DNA of 64,000 nt, taken from NCBI RefSeq assembly GCF_009914755.1, contig NC_060932.1. The stretch is one strand, 5' to 3'. Both the position numbers and the translations under genes were made by a program. Numbering within the stretch: position 1 is the first letter of the stretch; every line of letters begins with the position of its first letter. Source of the stretch: the human T2T-CHM13v2.0 reference genome, Homo sapiens. This document shows, piece by piece, positions 16,587 through 30,984 of this stretch. Below the pieces are notes generated by a model. That model saw nothing but the letters and a program-made list of their open reading frames with translations, was not told where the DNA came from and did no database searches.

Positions 16587-18499
16587 AAAAGAATTCAACA
16601 AAGTTTCCAGATACAAGATTAATGTACATAAATCAGTGGCCCTTCTATACACCAACAGCGACCAAGCAGAGAATCAAATAAATAACTCAACACCTTTTAC
16701 AATAGCTGCAAAGAAGTAAAATAAAATACTTAGGAATATACCTAACCAAGGAGGTGAAAGACCTCTACAAGGAAACCTACAAAACACTGCTAAAAGAAAT
16801 CATAAACGACACAAACAAATGGAAACACATCCCTTGTTCATGGGTGGGTAGAATGAATATTGTGGAAATGACCATACGGCCAAAAGCAATCTACAAATTC
16901 AATGCAATCCCCATCAAAATACCACCATCCTTCTTCACAGAATTAGAAAAAAAAAATTCTAAAATTCATATGGAACCAAAACAGAGCCCACATAGCCAAA
17001 GCAAGACTAAGCAAAAAGAATAAATCTGGAGGCATCACACTACCTGATTTCAAACTATGCTATAAGGCCATAGTCACCAAAACAGCCTGGTACTGGCACA
17101 AAAATAGGCACATAGACCGATGAAACAGAATAAAGAACCCAGAAATAAACCCAAATACTTACAGCCAACTGATCTTCGACAAAGCAAACAAAACATAAAG
17201 TGGGGAAAGGACACCCTTTTCAAAAATGGTGCTGGGATCACTGATAAGCCACATGTAGGAGAATGAAATTGGATCCTCATCTCTCACCTTGTACAAAAAT
17301 CAACTCAAGATGGATTAAGGACTTAAACCTAAGACCTGAAAGTATAAAAATTCTAGAAGATAACATTTGAAAAACCCTTCTAGACATTGGCTTAGGCAAG
17401 GATTTCATGACCAAGAACCCACATGCAATTAAAACAAAGAAAAATAGCTGGGACCTAATTAAACTAAAGAGCTTTTGCACAGCAAAAGGGGCAGTCAGCA
17501 GAGTAAACAGAGAACCCACACAGTGGGAGAAAGTCTTCACAATCTACACATCCGACAAAAAACTAATATCCGGAATCTACAACAAACTCAAACAAATCAG
17601 TAAGAAAAAAAACAATTCCATCAAAAAGTGGGCTAAGGACATAAATAGACAATTCCCTAAAGAAGATATACAAATGACCAACAAACATATGAAAAAATGC
17701 TCAACATCACTAATGATCAGGAAATTGCAAATCAAAACCACAATGCAATACCACGTCACTCCTGCAGAATGGCCATAATCAAAAAATCAAAAACCAGTAG
17801 ATGCTGGTGTGGATGCAGTGAACAGGGAGCACTTCTACACTGCTGGTGGGAATGTAAACTAGTACAACTGCTATGGAAAACAGTGTGGAGATTCCTTAAA
17901 GAACCAAAAGTACAACTACCATTTGATCCAGCAATCCCACTACCAGGTGTCTACCCAGAGGAAAAGAAGTAATTATTCAGAAAAGATATTTGCACATGCA
18001 TGTTTATAGCAGCACGATTCACAATTGCAAAATCATGGAAGCAACCCAAATGTCCATCAATCAACAAGTGGATAAAGGAACTGTGGTATATATATATATA
18101 TGAGGGAATACTGTGCAGCCATAAAAAGGAATGAATTAACAGCATTTGCAGTAACCTGGATGAGCTGGAGACCATTATTCTAAGTAAAGTAACTCAGGAA
18201 TGGAAAGCCGAACATCATATGTTCTCACTGATAAGTGGGAGCTAAGCTATGAGAATGCAAAGGCATAAGAATGATGTAATGGACTTTAGAAACTTGGGGG
18301 GAAGAGTGGGAGGGGGGCGAGGGATAGAAGACTACTCATATGCTGCAGTGTATGCTGCTTGGGTGATGGATGCATGAAAATTTCACCAGTCACCACTAAA
18401 GAACTTACTCGTGTAACCAAATACCACCTGTACCCCAATAACTTATGGAAAAATAAAAAATATAAATATAAATAAAAAAGCAAACTTTATCTAAAATAA
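16587..18499 (+). mobile_element. L1PB-type LINE, 3' part (rest of ORF2 and L1PB1-like 3'UTR)
   Basis: Resumes KEFN|KVSRYKIN after the TSD; 3' end GTAACCAAATACCACCTGTACCCCAATAAC followed by an A-rich tail. Confidence 0.9.
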
Positions 18500-21208
18500 A
18501 ATAAAATACTGCGTAACACATATAGATATTGAAAACTAATATTGGGTGAATAAGGCAAGATAAAATGACAAATATAATAAGAAATAATTGAATAAAAACA
18601 TACAAAGCAATAATATGTATTCACATATCTATACATTTAAATGAACTGGAAAGCTGCACACTATAGGAGTTGGCTCTGAAAAATGGATTGGGGGATGCAA
18701 CTGGTAACGGTTAAAGAAGACTTTAGTTTTTTGTTACGTTTCACATCTTTAACAACAGGTTAAACAAATATGACAATTTTTTTATAGTCATTAACTCTTC
18801 ATGTTGGAAAAATAAGTGTTCTTAATTTACTATTATTATTATTTTAACTTTCTGTAAATTTTAAATCTATTAAATTTATTATTCAAAATAAAGAAAAAAT
18901 AAAATGGGCTCAAACACAGAGCTTAGCAGCAACTTTCAGTAGTTTGTCTAAACTGGTAACGAAGACAGGATAGTGGGATGAGGACTGGATTTGAGTTGAG
19001 TAAATGTGACCTTATATGATCTACCTCTCCAGCTGTGGCCAGGAGGGATTGCTGTGTGTTGTGCACCCTGGAAGCTGTAGAGGCGAAGCTCTTACACATC
19101 CGTATATATGTATAACAAATGTATGGCATACTGAGATATATGAACCACTAAGGAGAACCTCAGCTGAAGGAATACAAGTTTATTTATTTTTAAATCTCAG
19201 TAGCATGGGATGGAGGCACTCACACAATTTATATACCTGAACAAAGTTCTTTGAAAAAAAAAAAAAAAAAAGAAGCCATGGGAAGAGGCAATGGCCAACT
19301 ATTTTCTTCAGTCTATTTTTTTTGGTATTAACTAATAGAGACTTTGAACATACAAAATAGCGAACCTCACTTAGAAAGAAAGGTGAGAAGGAAAAAAGAG
19401 AAAATAAGGACTTAAAAAGATATTAAAATAATCAGAGCAAATAAACAGGGAAAAATCCTTTTAACAATATTAACTTTTTAGAGATCTTTTGAAGTTTAAA
19501 AAAATCTACATGATATTATTTATATATTTATCACCCATTGATTAAAAAAACTGCAAAAAAGTGAGATATTTATAAATGAGTTTTATTTAGTTATTGAAAT
19601 TTTTATGTAGTTATTGAAAGAAAGAAATATATACATATTTGAAAAATAATGTAGCATACAATGTGTGTATATATATATATGGCATTATTTAGTTAGTTTA
19701 TAGGTAATATTTGAAATATCTCTGATTCTGTGAACCCTTTATAATAATCTGTGGACCCACCCTCCTCCCATCAGGTTATGGCAAAATAGAGAATTTTTGA
19801 CTTTGGGTGTAAGATGACTAGAATAAATGGAAAAACAATAACCCTACAGAAATTGGTAGCATAAGTTCAGAAAAGTCTTCTAAAGACATAAAAATAGATA
19901 AAGCTTATTTCCAAATGCTAAGTGGTAGAGCAAGGACTCAGATTAATCTGTTTGGATCAAAAACTTGCACTTTTTCTACTGAACGTACCACTTGCTTTTT
20001 GAACACTACATTCTCCACGCAATGCTAGGATGAGTAAAACAGGTTGAAGCCAAGCTCAACACAAGCCCTAAAGCAAAGATTTAAACTTTAGTTAAATCAG
20101 CCGATGCATTATGTTGGTAGAGGGTTATTTTTCATTATTCCAAGCAACATCTTTCTGGTAGTATGAGGGGAAGCAACCTAGTGCATTTAATGTGGCAACC
20201 TGGCAATGAGCAGGGGGCAATGCTAAGCGCACAATATTCTTATCTGTCTTGCTGTCTCTGCATTGGTGGATGCCTCTGTCATGGATCCTGAGGCCGTCTA
20301 TAAAATCTCCCCTCCCATTTTGCCAAATTTATTTATTTTCATGCTTTTAACCACCTCAGCCAATAATTCACCTAGCTTTCATGCTTACCTTTCATGAAGT
20401 GTTTTTATTTCTTAATAACATATTAAATTGACGCTTACTATTCTAGAAGGGAGTTCAATTTGAGATACATGATATTTTTGCTGCTCCCTTAATTTTGAAG
20501 AATGCACATTCTGGAAAGGAGAAATACAGAAATAGAACACCAAGAAAAGATAGTTTCCCTACATTTTGGTTAATTTTATGTTCACTCTTAGTCTTTTTTC
20601 AAACAGTATGGTTTGTTAAGGTCCTGATGATATGAATTCTTTCTGAAACAGTCATAACTTTGGATACATTTATATTACTGAGGCAGATTATTTACATTTA
20701 TATATGTATACGTGTATGTATTGCATTTTTTCTTGCTCCCCTTACTCTCTGTATGATACTATTTTCTCAAAAGTGATATAAAATTGGAGACTCCATTCAT
20801 ATTCAAATATACACAGTTTAAAATGTGGATTCAAGAAATTATCACGCTCATGGGTTCTATTTTCTAGGGACAAGTGAATGAATAAAACTGGGTTGAGTTA
20901 AATATATGCGGACATGATAACTGTATCAGAAGAAAATTTGAAGGTTAGATATACATACACACACATATATACACACAACATATATATGTATATATATGTT
21001 GATGTATTATTATATTGGTAGAAGGTGGTTTTCATTATCCCAACCAAGATCCTTGCTAACTCCTCATTTCAGGAAGCTTCAGCAAAATTCCTGGATTTGC
21101 CTAGTTTGGGTCATGTGCCCATCCCAAACTAATCACTATGGCCACTTGGCCACTATGTATATAGAGTATTTAGATTGCCTTGCCTGAGCCATATCATGAA
21201 GGAGGTAC

Positions 21209-21599
21209 TCTATGATTCAAATATCCCCTCCAAAATCCACATTGAAATGTAATTGCCATGGTGGTGGTATTAAAAGGTGGGATATTTAAGAGAAGAATAG
21301 GCCATAAGGGTTCTGCCTTCATGAAGGAATTAGTGTTGTTATCACAAAAGTGCATTAGTTATCCTGGGAGTGAGCTCATTATAAAAGCAAGTTTGGCCCC
21401 CTCTTGCTCTCAAGCTGTCACAATCTCTTGCCCCTCTGCCTTCTTCCATAGGATAATGCAGCATGAAGGCCCTAGCCAGATGCTGACCCCTTGATATTGG
21501 ACTTCCCAGGCTCCAGAACCATGAAAACTAAATTTCTTTTTTTTATAAACTAACCATTCTGTGGCACTCTGTTCTGGCAACACAAAGCAGACTAAGACA
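21209..21599 (+). mobile_element. MaLR solo LTR (MST family)
   Basis: CCCCTCCAAAA..CATTGAAA start; GGACTTCCCAG..TCCAGAACCATGA; ends GACTAAGACA. Confidence 0.8.
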
Positions 21600-21609
21600 A
21601 ATACACACA

Positions 21610-21856
<247 letters not shown>

Positions 21857-23619
21857 ACAAGGTAAGATATTAACAATCTTGCTAAGTTCCAAACACAAAA
21901 TTCCATAGCCACAAGGAAGCTGAACACTTGAGTTCACAGCACATAAATATTTGCTGAAAAAATAAACTTGAGCCTGTGTTCTGAATCCCAAAACCCATGC
22001 TCTTTCTGCTACATGTGCAGCCTCCCCATTTGAGCAAAATGTTAAACTACCCCAAAATTCTCAAAGTGAATGGGATTTACCAGGTGGATTGACATAAAAC
22101 ATTAAAACATAAAATGATAATTCTTATAAGAGCAATGTTCCATGATACTTCCCTATTGTCAGACGCTTTCTATTACTCTTGGTTGTAAGGATTTAGTAAT
22201 TGATATCGCTAATACTTTGAAAATGAAGCATTTTCTGTGCACTCAGCCCACCAACATCAGAGACAGTTTAGCTCAATAAGAATGATAGAATAGGCTGCCT
22301 TAAGAGATGAGGAACAGGACCATTATGCTGCTACTATTTCAGTGTCTTTCATCTATTGTGTTTCATCTCCTCTCGTTCCTCAGATTCTATCCTATAAGGA
22401 TTCTTGATTTGAATTAGTGAGAAAAGTAGTGGATAGTGTATGTAAAATATTTTTAAAATCTGTTTTATCTTTTTAAAGTCAAAATGACTTTTACTTTCCC
22501 TTCAAAGTGAAAAAGAGAGAGAAATCTGAAAAGTATCAAGCACAGATGGAGACATTTGCATTTATGCTCTGACAATAAGGTATTTTTCTAGTGTCAACAA
22601 ATGGAGAGCTTTATTTTAAATGTTGCCAGGTTCTGCCTCAGCTCCATTTTTCCATCCCGCCCAACTACAAAAAGTAAAGAAGGCCAGACACTCTTTTCAT
22701 TCTTAAAAAAATAATGTAGGATTCCTGGGGAAAGACTGAGGCATCTTTTCTGGCTTTGAGGTAAGTGTGTGACTTTCATTAACATTAATGGGAGTTCTTC
22801 CCACTGAAAGAACAGACTCCATGTTTTTAAACGCTTGAGTAAAGATTCACACAAAGCTGGAAAAAAAGCTTTTTTGTTTTACGCAGCTATGACCACTGCT
22901 GCAGTACTAGGATTATGAATCACAGTAGGCTGTCCTTTTAAGACAGTTCATCCATCCAGTCATTTCAGAATGCTTGTGAAGAAAAAGATGGCATGACAAA
23001 GCAGGGCAATGTACCAGGCATGGTTTATCTCTTCAACACGAAAGGAGAAGGCTTTCAGGCAACCCTCTCGTTACAACCTTTTTTGTAAAAAGGCTAAGCT
23101 AATTGAAAAACTACTTGGGGCTCTATCTTTTCTCGGATAGGTTCAAAGTAAAAGAATAATAATAGTATTGCTCTTGGCATTTGCAAAGACTGAAGAAAAC
23201 TCACCGAAACATGTAGACACAACAAACTAATCCTGGCAATTTTTTACTCTGAATTTGACACATAAACAGAATGACAGTTTTTTTTATGTTCACTTCCAAA
23301 TAAGAAAAAATATAACTTCATAAATTTTAAGTAAAATAATTATGGAACAGGAAGAAATATTTTTAAAGATCTAATGAATCATCTAAATTGTCTTTCAAAG
23401 TTCCGTCTGTAGCTAAAGATATGAAGAGAAGAAATGATTGAAATTAATTCTGAAGACAAATCCCCATCAAAATGAGAAATAGCGCGCTAGCTTACATTAA
23501 ATGAAAAATCACTCATGTGGCATAAAACAGATAGAATAAATCAATTTTTTAAGAAGAATACAAGTATTCAATAGGAGTGCTGTTTTAAAAACGAAGGAGA
23601 GGGTTGAAGACTGCAACAC

Positions 23620-23840
23620 TGACGAGGCAGCGGGTGGGCCGGGGCAGTGCACAGGGAGGGCTTGCTAACTCTCGTGGGCTTGCCCTGAGTCTCGCGAGTG
23701 CCAGCATTGCCCCGCCCTTGGATGGGCTCCTGCTTTCCAGCGTCTCACCGTCCCACTGTCCTACCGTCCCAGTGTCCCAGCGCTTCTATTAAACCAGCTG
23801 CTCTCGCCAGCTTGCCTTGTGCCGCCCCCTCCCCTTTGCC
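23620..23840. promoter_or_regulatory. Small GC/CpG-enriched patch with GC boxes and a CTCGCGAG palindrome (candidate cis-element)
   Basis: Abrupt GC rise in AT-rich DNA; GGGTGGGCCGGGG, CCCCGCCC, TCTCGCGAGT (~23690-23699), GCCGCCCCCT. Confidence 0.4.
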
Positions 23841-26800
23841 CTCCAAATGCATTTCTCCAAATTTGTCTCACACTGCATGGATAAGACTGCATGGGCCTGG
23901 AGAAAATGGAGCCATACACGGTTACAGCATGCCAGGAAGAGCTGAGGACGGCCCTGGGTGGGGCAGCTGACCCATGCAGCCTCTTAGAGAATGCTTAGAA
24001 ACCAGAAATAAGCTCAGAAACTAACAGGACAACCACACATCCGTTAGGTTTTATCAAGAAGACACTCCCATCCTGAGTCTATGACCTGAACAGCTGTGTT
24101 GTTAGCAAGTTGGAAAGAAAAAGGGTGCCACGGCTTTAGGATCATATTAAAGGCCATGAAGCCGCTGAGTACTTTCCATATCACAAGCATTTGTACCATG
24201 AAATCATGGATTCAGCAATGACTGCTGAGAAAAGATGGGAAAATGTACACAAAGAGACAGGTCATAGTTTACATTTCCACAAAATAAGTAAATTTGTATT
24301 TAGTTGTTACTGAGGTTTGTTTGTGTCTGGTAATAAGTTCAGAATCTTTTATCTCATTAGGAAATCTATCAGGCAACAAAGGTGTATGGGGGAACCATAT
24401 GCTGTGGGAATTACCGAAGAGATCAAAAGCACAGTGCTGGAGGTGCTTAAGCACTACCTGAGAGAATCAGACATGGTCATAAAGTTTTCAAAGGACAATT
24501 TACAAGCAAGGTATTTGAAGATAAGAAGATGTTTTTCTATTTTTTGGAGCCCAAAGAGAAATGAAAAAAATTGCAAGTAACTAAATAACTCCCCCAAAAA
24601 AGTAAGCTGAGAATCAGCAGCTTACTCACGTCTGGACTTATCTGTTAGAGGAGTGACTTAGAAGAAAGGCTTGGGATGAGGGGAATGAGGCAGCCTCATA
24701 CACAGCTCTCAGCCCTGGAAGTGAAGCAGGCACCGTCCTACCTTGTCTGTTTCTTCCATTTCGCTTCCACCTGCCCACACACCTCTGGGAGTTAGGATTG
24801 CCTGCCTTCCGCTTTTCTCCATTGCAGTCCACCATGAATAATGTGTGGGGCTAACCTCCAGAAAACATCAATTCTGTTAAAATTCTGCCAGGTCTTCTCT
24901 ACTTTTATTTGAGGTTAAATGTCAGGGTCTTATTTATCCTCAAATATCTCCAGTGTCTATTATAATGTCTGCTACTTAAGTGCTCAGTCTTTAACTTGTA
25001 AAATGGATCCATTATCTTCTATAGGTAGGTGAAGGTCCAGTTTCATAATTTAGTTCTCAAAGCACTCAGTTTGATTCCTTCATCCTGTCTTTTATTATCA
25101 CCTCTGTCCACCTTCTTGTATATATTTAGATTCAGTCCATCCACCAACTCTCTGTTGGGTTTCCTGTCTCCCCCTCACACCTTTCCTCCAGCTAGTCTAC
25201 ACACCTGAATCCCTTCTCCTCACCTGCCTTCTCCAACCTTAAAGTCATATGTCACCTTCCCTGATCACCTCAGCATATTCTTTGTTCTTTTTTGAACCCA
25301 CGCGTGTGCCATCCACTCACATAATTCAGAGTACAAGATACTCTGAATTATAATTAGGTGTGTGTAGGGCAAGGATTGCATTTTCCTTAGCCCCAATGCA
25401 GTAATTACACATAATAAGAATTCAATAAGCATTTCTTGAATAAATACATGACAGCATAGCATCCTTTCCCCCTCGCTGCCAGGAAAGAAATATCACAATG
25501 TTAGCAATCATGTGTAACTTACAACAATAGAAAAGGAAGAAGAGAGACAAGTCAGATGGGGGAGCTTAATGACTGCACTTGGCTTTACCCATTTTTCCAT
25601 ACCATCCACAGCCATCCCTCACATACCCTTCTCTGTCCAACAGCCCCTACACTGGTGGATACAGACACCTGCTCACCAGACATAAAATACACATCACGAT
25701 ATGCAACATATTAAAGACAACAACAAAGTTTATGGCAAGCACTAAGTGAAATCATCCTAATGGGGTTTTCTGATCCCAAGCAGCCTGCAAATCGGATTTT
25801 ATTCTATTTTTTGCCTCTAAGTGAGCTCGCCATCATTCCAGGAGGCATCTCAGTAAGCAATAACGCTTACATGCTTGCATTTAGGGACACCTGATAGTGG
25901 CACTATTCTTCAGAAATCTCGGAATTTCTAAAAAAGGACAATGCATTGATTCAATGAATTCTTAAAAATGCTTCTTCAGGAATTGTTTCAATTATTATAT
26001 GGGGACATTTGTCGAGGATTTCTGATGGGTTGAAATTGAAAGGCAAAGAATACATTGCTACCAAAAAAATTGCACTGGTCCTGACTGGAGGCTGGGTATG
26101 GAAATAAATGGAAGGTGTACACTGAGAGAACATCAATGGTGACTAAATTGGGGTTTTATGGCATAAGTGAATAAAGGAACATAAAATAAGGCAATAGTTC
26201 AATAGAGTGGTATTAATTAGGAATGTGGGGGAATAGAATTAAAGGGACTACTGTTAACTCACACTTATGTTCTGGATCACCTCCCACAAACCTACATCCT
26301 GTCCAAGAAAGGACTGCCCATTGTGTAAGTGAATGAGAGTTTTAGTCCCTGAGTGACCCTCAAGTCTCCTTGTCACTTAATTCTGTACTCGATGTGCCGC
26401 TAGAAGAACCCTGCCCATTTCCTAACTATGCAATTCAATCATACAGTAATTGTTGATTTTTTAAGCAGTGAAAGAACCTTGTCTAAAATCTAGTTTAAAT
26501 AAAACTGTTAGCATTTTAATATATTAATACTAGAACTAGATCAAATTCATTACTCTATCGTTTATATGAATCAAAAGACCATTTATTTATCTGCTTGAGA
26601 TTCTCTTGCTAGAGTGTTGTTACATAGCTATGAAATGATTCCAAACACTAACATCGCTTCGTGAATGATGTATGTTTTTCTGTAATAAGAACTTGGAGTG
26701 TATTCCTTCCTCCCTTTGAAAATGTGACCTCTTATCAGATCCCATATGTGAGAACTTGGAGTGAACTCCCCCTTCTCTTCAGGACTATGACTTCAGACCT

Positions 26801-27577
26801 TATCAGACACCACATATGAGTTATTGACCCTGAACCACTAATTAGACTTCACTTTCCCCAGAAGTCTGCTTCTATTCTAATTGAGTAACTTGACTTTATA
26901 AAGTTTGGAGCCCATACCTATGTGGTTAATGCACCTCATCTATCCAGTGTATTCCAGGTGAGGTTTCTTCATGTTATTCTCCCCCTCTTTAAGCATTATG
27001 AACCTAAGAAAAAAGTTTCTCTTTGACCAGATACCATGTGATTCATGAAATCATATCATACCTTGATCATCTCCCTATTTTCACCATACAGACCAAAAGT
27101 TTTCAGGCAGAAACTGTGGAAGGCTCTGTTAATGTCATATATTTGTTTGGCGGCTGAAGGGCTGCTGAAAATCTGGCTGTATGGGTTGAAGAGGTTTTTT
27201 GCACACACCAAGATGAAGCAAGTGGTCCGTGCATTGTCTTTGTTTGCCTTTGCAGCTCCACTATTATATATAAACAACAACAACAACAACAAATTTATAA
27301 AGGTAGATGGGCAATTGAGGAGCTTCCTTTCATTCAGCCATCTGGCCCTAAGAGATGCCTCTTTACTGTGGGCAATGAACAGGCCACAGATGAGGTCTAA
27401 ATGCTAACTCTACTTGGAAGTAAAAGCAATGAGTGTTGATATTTGGTGAATATAGGAACAACTCCATTTATCTACACAGTGTTTTCAATTCCTTATCTAA
27501 GTGTGTCATGGAAACTAAATATTCTTTCTATTCCCATTAAAGATAGGAAAAGCTAGGAATTCTTAACCTAATAAATG

Positions 27578-27913
27578 TTTTCAACTTTGAAATTTGGGGG
27601 TACACATGCAGGTTTGTTACATGAGTATACTGCATGATGCTGAGGTTTGGGGTACAAATGATCCTGTCACCTAGGTGGTGAGCACAGTACCCAATAGGAA
27701 GTTTTTCAGCCATTGTCCCCCTTCCTGCCTCCCCCTTCTTGTAGTCCCCAGTGTCTTTTGTTCCCATCTTTATGTCTGTGTATATCCAGTCTTGAGCTGC
27801 TGCTTATAAGTGAGACATGCAGTATTTGGTTTTCTATTTCTGCATCGATTTTCATAAGATAATGAACCCCAGCTGCATCCATGTTTCTGCAAAGAACATC
27901 AGTTCATTCTTTT
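27578..27913 (-). mobile_element. L1PA15/16-like 3' end fragment
   Basis: GGGGTACACATGCAGGTTTGTTACATG...AGTACCCAATAG...TATAAGTGAGACATGCAGTATTTGG. Confidence 0.8.
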
Positions 27914-28673
27914 TTACTTAACCCAGTAATTCTGTAACACATACAACACTTGGAATTAATTGATTAAAAAAGAAAGCCCACATCACCCACCCAGATTTAA
28001 TGTTATTGCATAGGAAGTCTAGTGTGTTGTGAGGAAATGTGGGAGATTATTCCAGTCAGATCCAAGCAGAAAATGACTCTTTCTAATCAAACAGGTGATA
28101 AGTGTTTCATCATCTATCATTACATTATAAAGAAGGCTGGTGTCACTGTAGAGAAAGAAGCTGCTATAGAGAACAGTGATGCAGCCACAGGACAGAGAGA
28201 GGCAGAGAGTAGGGCCTCCTGCAGCCATTTTCATCAACAAGTCCATGAGGCACCATCACCTCACAGAACATTCTGGAGGAAAGACATCTCCTGGAGAAAT
28301 CTCTTGAAAAAGACTCAGGACTTCAAGACTGCACTTTGGGGCAAGTACATAAAAAGAGACCGAAGAATTATCTGTGATGAGAAAGACATTATCACGAGGA
28401 AAAATCAGAAGAATTGGCTTGGAAGAGAACAATCTGCAGCACAAGGAAGGGCCCCAGAGGAGGTGCATGTGTTCTCCTTGTCACGTGGCTCAGGGCCAGT
28501 GACACGACCTTCGTGAGGAAGAGCTGCAGATGTGCATCCAAACCCACTGCATCTTCTTTACAGTTTGTTGTGTGTAAATAATAGATATGACTTCCTTTAC
28601 CAGCTTGTGCATCAAAAGAGGTCACACAGCTTTTACTTTTTTTAAATGAAGCACTTGTACCTCCACATATCCT

Positions 28674-28958
28674 TTTTAAATTTAAGAGACAGAGTCACTC
28701 TGTTACCCATGCTGAAGCGCAGTGGTTCCATCATAGCTCACTGGAGTCTCAAACTTTGCTCAAGTGATCCCCCCCACCTCATCCTCACGAGTAGCTAGGA
28801 CTACAGGCATGTGCCACCATACCCAACTAATTTTATTTTATGTAGAGATGGAGTCTCCCTGTGCTGCCCAGGCTGGTCTCAAACTCCTGGCCTCAAGTGA
28901 TCCTCCTGCCTCCGTCTCCCAAAGTGCTGGATTATAGGTGTGGGCCAATGTGCCTGGC
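28674..28958 (-). mobile_element. AluJ
   Basis: ATCATAGCTCACTG, CTCAAGTGATCC, GCTGGTCTCAAACTCCTGGCCTCAAGTGATCCTCCTGCC. Confidence 0.88.
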
Positions 28959-30182
28959 ACCCATACTCTTATTAATAGGAGGCCTAAGCATCCTCTTGGG
29001 GAGAGAGACTCCCCAAGCTGTCCCCAGTCCCCTCTCCTGCCCCAGAGAACCTGCCCCTTCCTTGGAATCAATTAATTCCAAGGGTGAGTGCATTGCTTTG
29101 TCATGCCTTTCCCACATAGCGAACTCCCAAGGTTTTACTCATCCTTCATGAATTATTTCATCTTCCTTCAAGAATTCTGATGTCCAGCACCTATTTTAGG
29201 TTGATCCTTCCTAAGCAATGCAGTTACTTTTGATGCCTAGTGTGCAGAAAGAAAAAAAAGGGGTGAGAAGCACCTCAGGTGTCTCTGCCTTGAAGAGTGT
29301 GATATTCCTCTCCTGGTACCTGAGCATGTATCAATACAGGCATAGGCTGCAGACAGCGATCCATGACTGTCTGTGCAGAGGGCTCCTGTGGAGCCGATGG
29401 GCCCTGGAATGATTATCCTTCCAAAAAGAAAAAGTGAGTGAGAAAGAAGAGAAGCAAGACAGTGGTTGTATCAGTGGGACCTTGGGCAGTTTGCTCCAGC
29501 AGCCCAGGGCTCTTAGCCACTGGCATGTGGCAGTGCTTCCTCTGTCTCTGAACATGTGGGCCTGCCAACAATCACTAGGAAAGCACAGAACCACAAGGCT
29601 GGTCCCTTCCATTCTCATGACAGAATTAATAGAGGTCATGGAAGGTGAGGTAACGAAAGCACCACAAAGTTCCTCACTCTTTAGGCCCTACTTAAGGTCA
29701 TGAGTTTTTCATGTTTGCTGTTTTGTCATGTTACTATTGAAGATCAGAGAAAACCCACATTTTGGTGTTCTGACTGAAGAATGAGAAGCTGTAACTGGAT
29801 GTCATCCTTGTCAATCATCTTGGATAGGAAATGAGATCTGGGAAGATAAAAGGGATCAGGCCCTTTGGTGCAGCGGAGCCTGGGATGCTGATAGGCTAAA
29901 CACAGAAGTATGTAGGTTGTAAAGTTTCCAGGAAGAGTGCAGAATGGGTTGCCGAGCCTAGGTCATCCAGGTAGCCTACCCACTTAAAGTCTATCAACCT
30001 CATGAGGGTAGAGATTACATCGGTCCCATTCATCCCTGTTACTCTTTCCTAGCACAGTGCCTGGAACTTGAAAAAATGCTCAATAAACAGTTGTGGAATC
30101 AGTATTTTTGTAAACTACTAAAGCATAACTGTAGGATAAAAGGGCTTTCCTAATGTTTTAGATATTCCTATGGGTGATGGAG

Positions 30183-30385
30183 TAATAATAGCAAACACTT
30201 ATGCAAATATATTCCCATGAGTACTAAAATACAAACATCTTAAGATTCATGTCTTGAAGTTAAAGATGAAGAAACTGAGGCCCAATAAATTAAGTACATT
30301 GCCCAAGGCACACGTTGCTGGGAGGACTCAGAGCCAGGATTTAATACAAGGAGTCTGGCTCCAGTCTATGCCCTGAACCTCTATA
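30183..30385 (-). mobile_element. MIR SINE
   Basis: AATAATAGCAAACACTTAT...GATGAAGAAACTGAGGCCC...TGCCCAAGGCACAC core. Confidence 0.7.
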
Positions 30386-30984
30386 TTGCCTGCCCATAGG
30401 ACCATATGACACAATGTAACCACATGACTGCATTACTTGGAGTTAGTCACAAAACTGTGTCCAGAGAACAGTGTTACAAATATCAACTGGATTCATCTAA
30501 AGTACTGACCTGTGTCTTCCCCAGTTGTTACTCCACTGGGGATCTGGCTGCCTTGGAATCCTCTACTCCTTTTGTGACATCTCTCGTCACTCTTGCCGCT
30601 TTCATTTCTGCACCTACCCCAGGCACATTCTCTTGTAATACATCGGCTCCTGCTTAGAGTCACTCTATGCCCTCCACTTGGTTGTGCTGAGGCACCACTT
30701 TCACATTTCAGCCGGAGGAGATGTGCCACAGCTTCCTGTTACTGATTTTCCTGCCTCTCAAGGTGATGGGGGAACTGGTGATGCTGGGGGATATTTGTTT
30801 TGTTTTTTGTTTTTTTTTACCAGTATTTTGCAAGTCATAGGAAAGATCCTAAATGAATTCAAAATCTAAATAATTGTTCTTTGACCACAGACACACTTAA
30901 CACACTTTTCTTTCTGGTCAAAAGAAGTAGAAGATTTCCTTTGGCTAAATTGGAGTACAGAATTAAGAAATCCTTATATCTATT

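Noticed and set aside
28022-28516. 164-aa ORF
   Set aside because: Non-ATG start, no recognisable domain or splice structure; probably chance or degenerate LTR sequence
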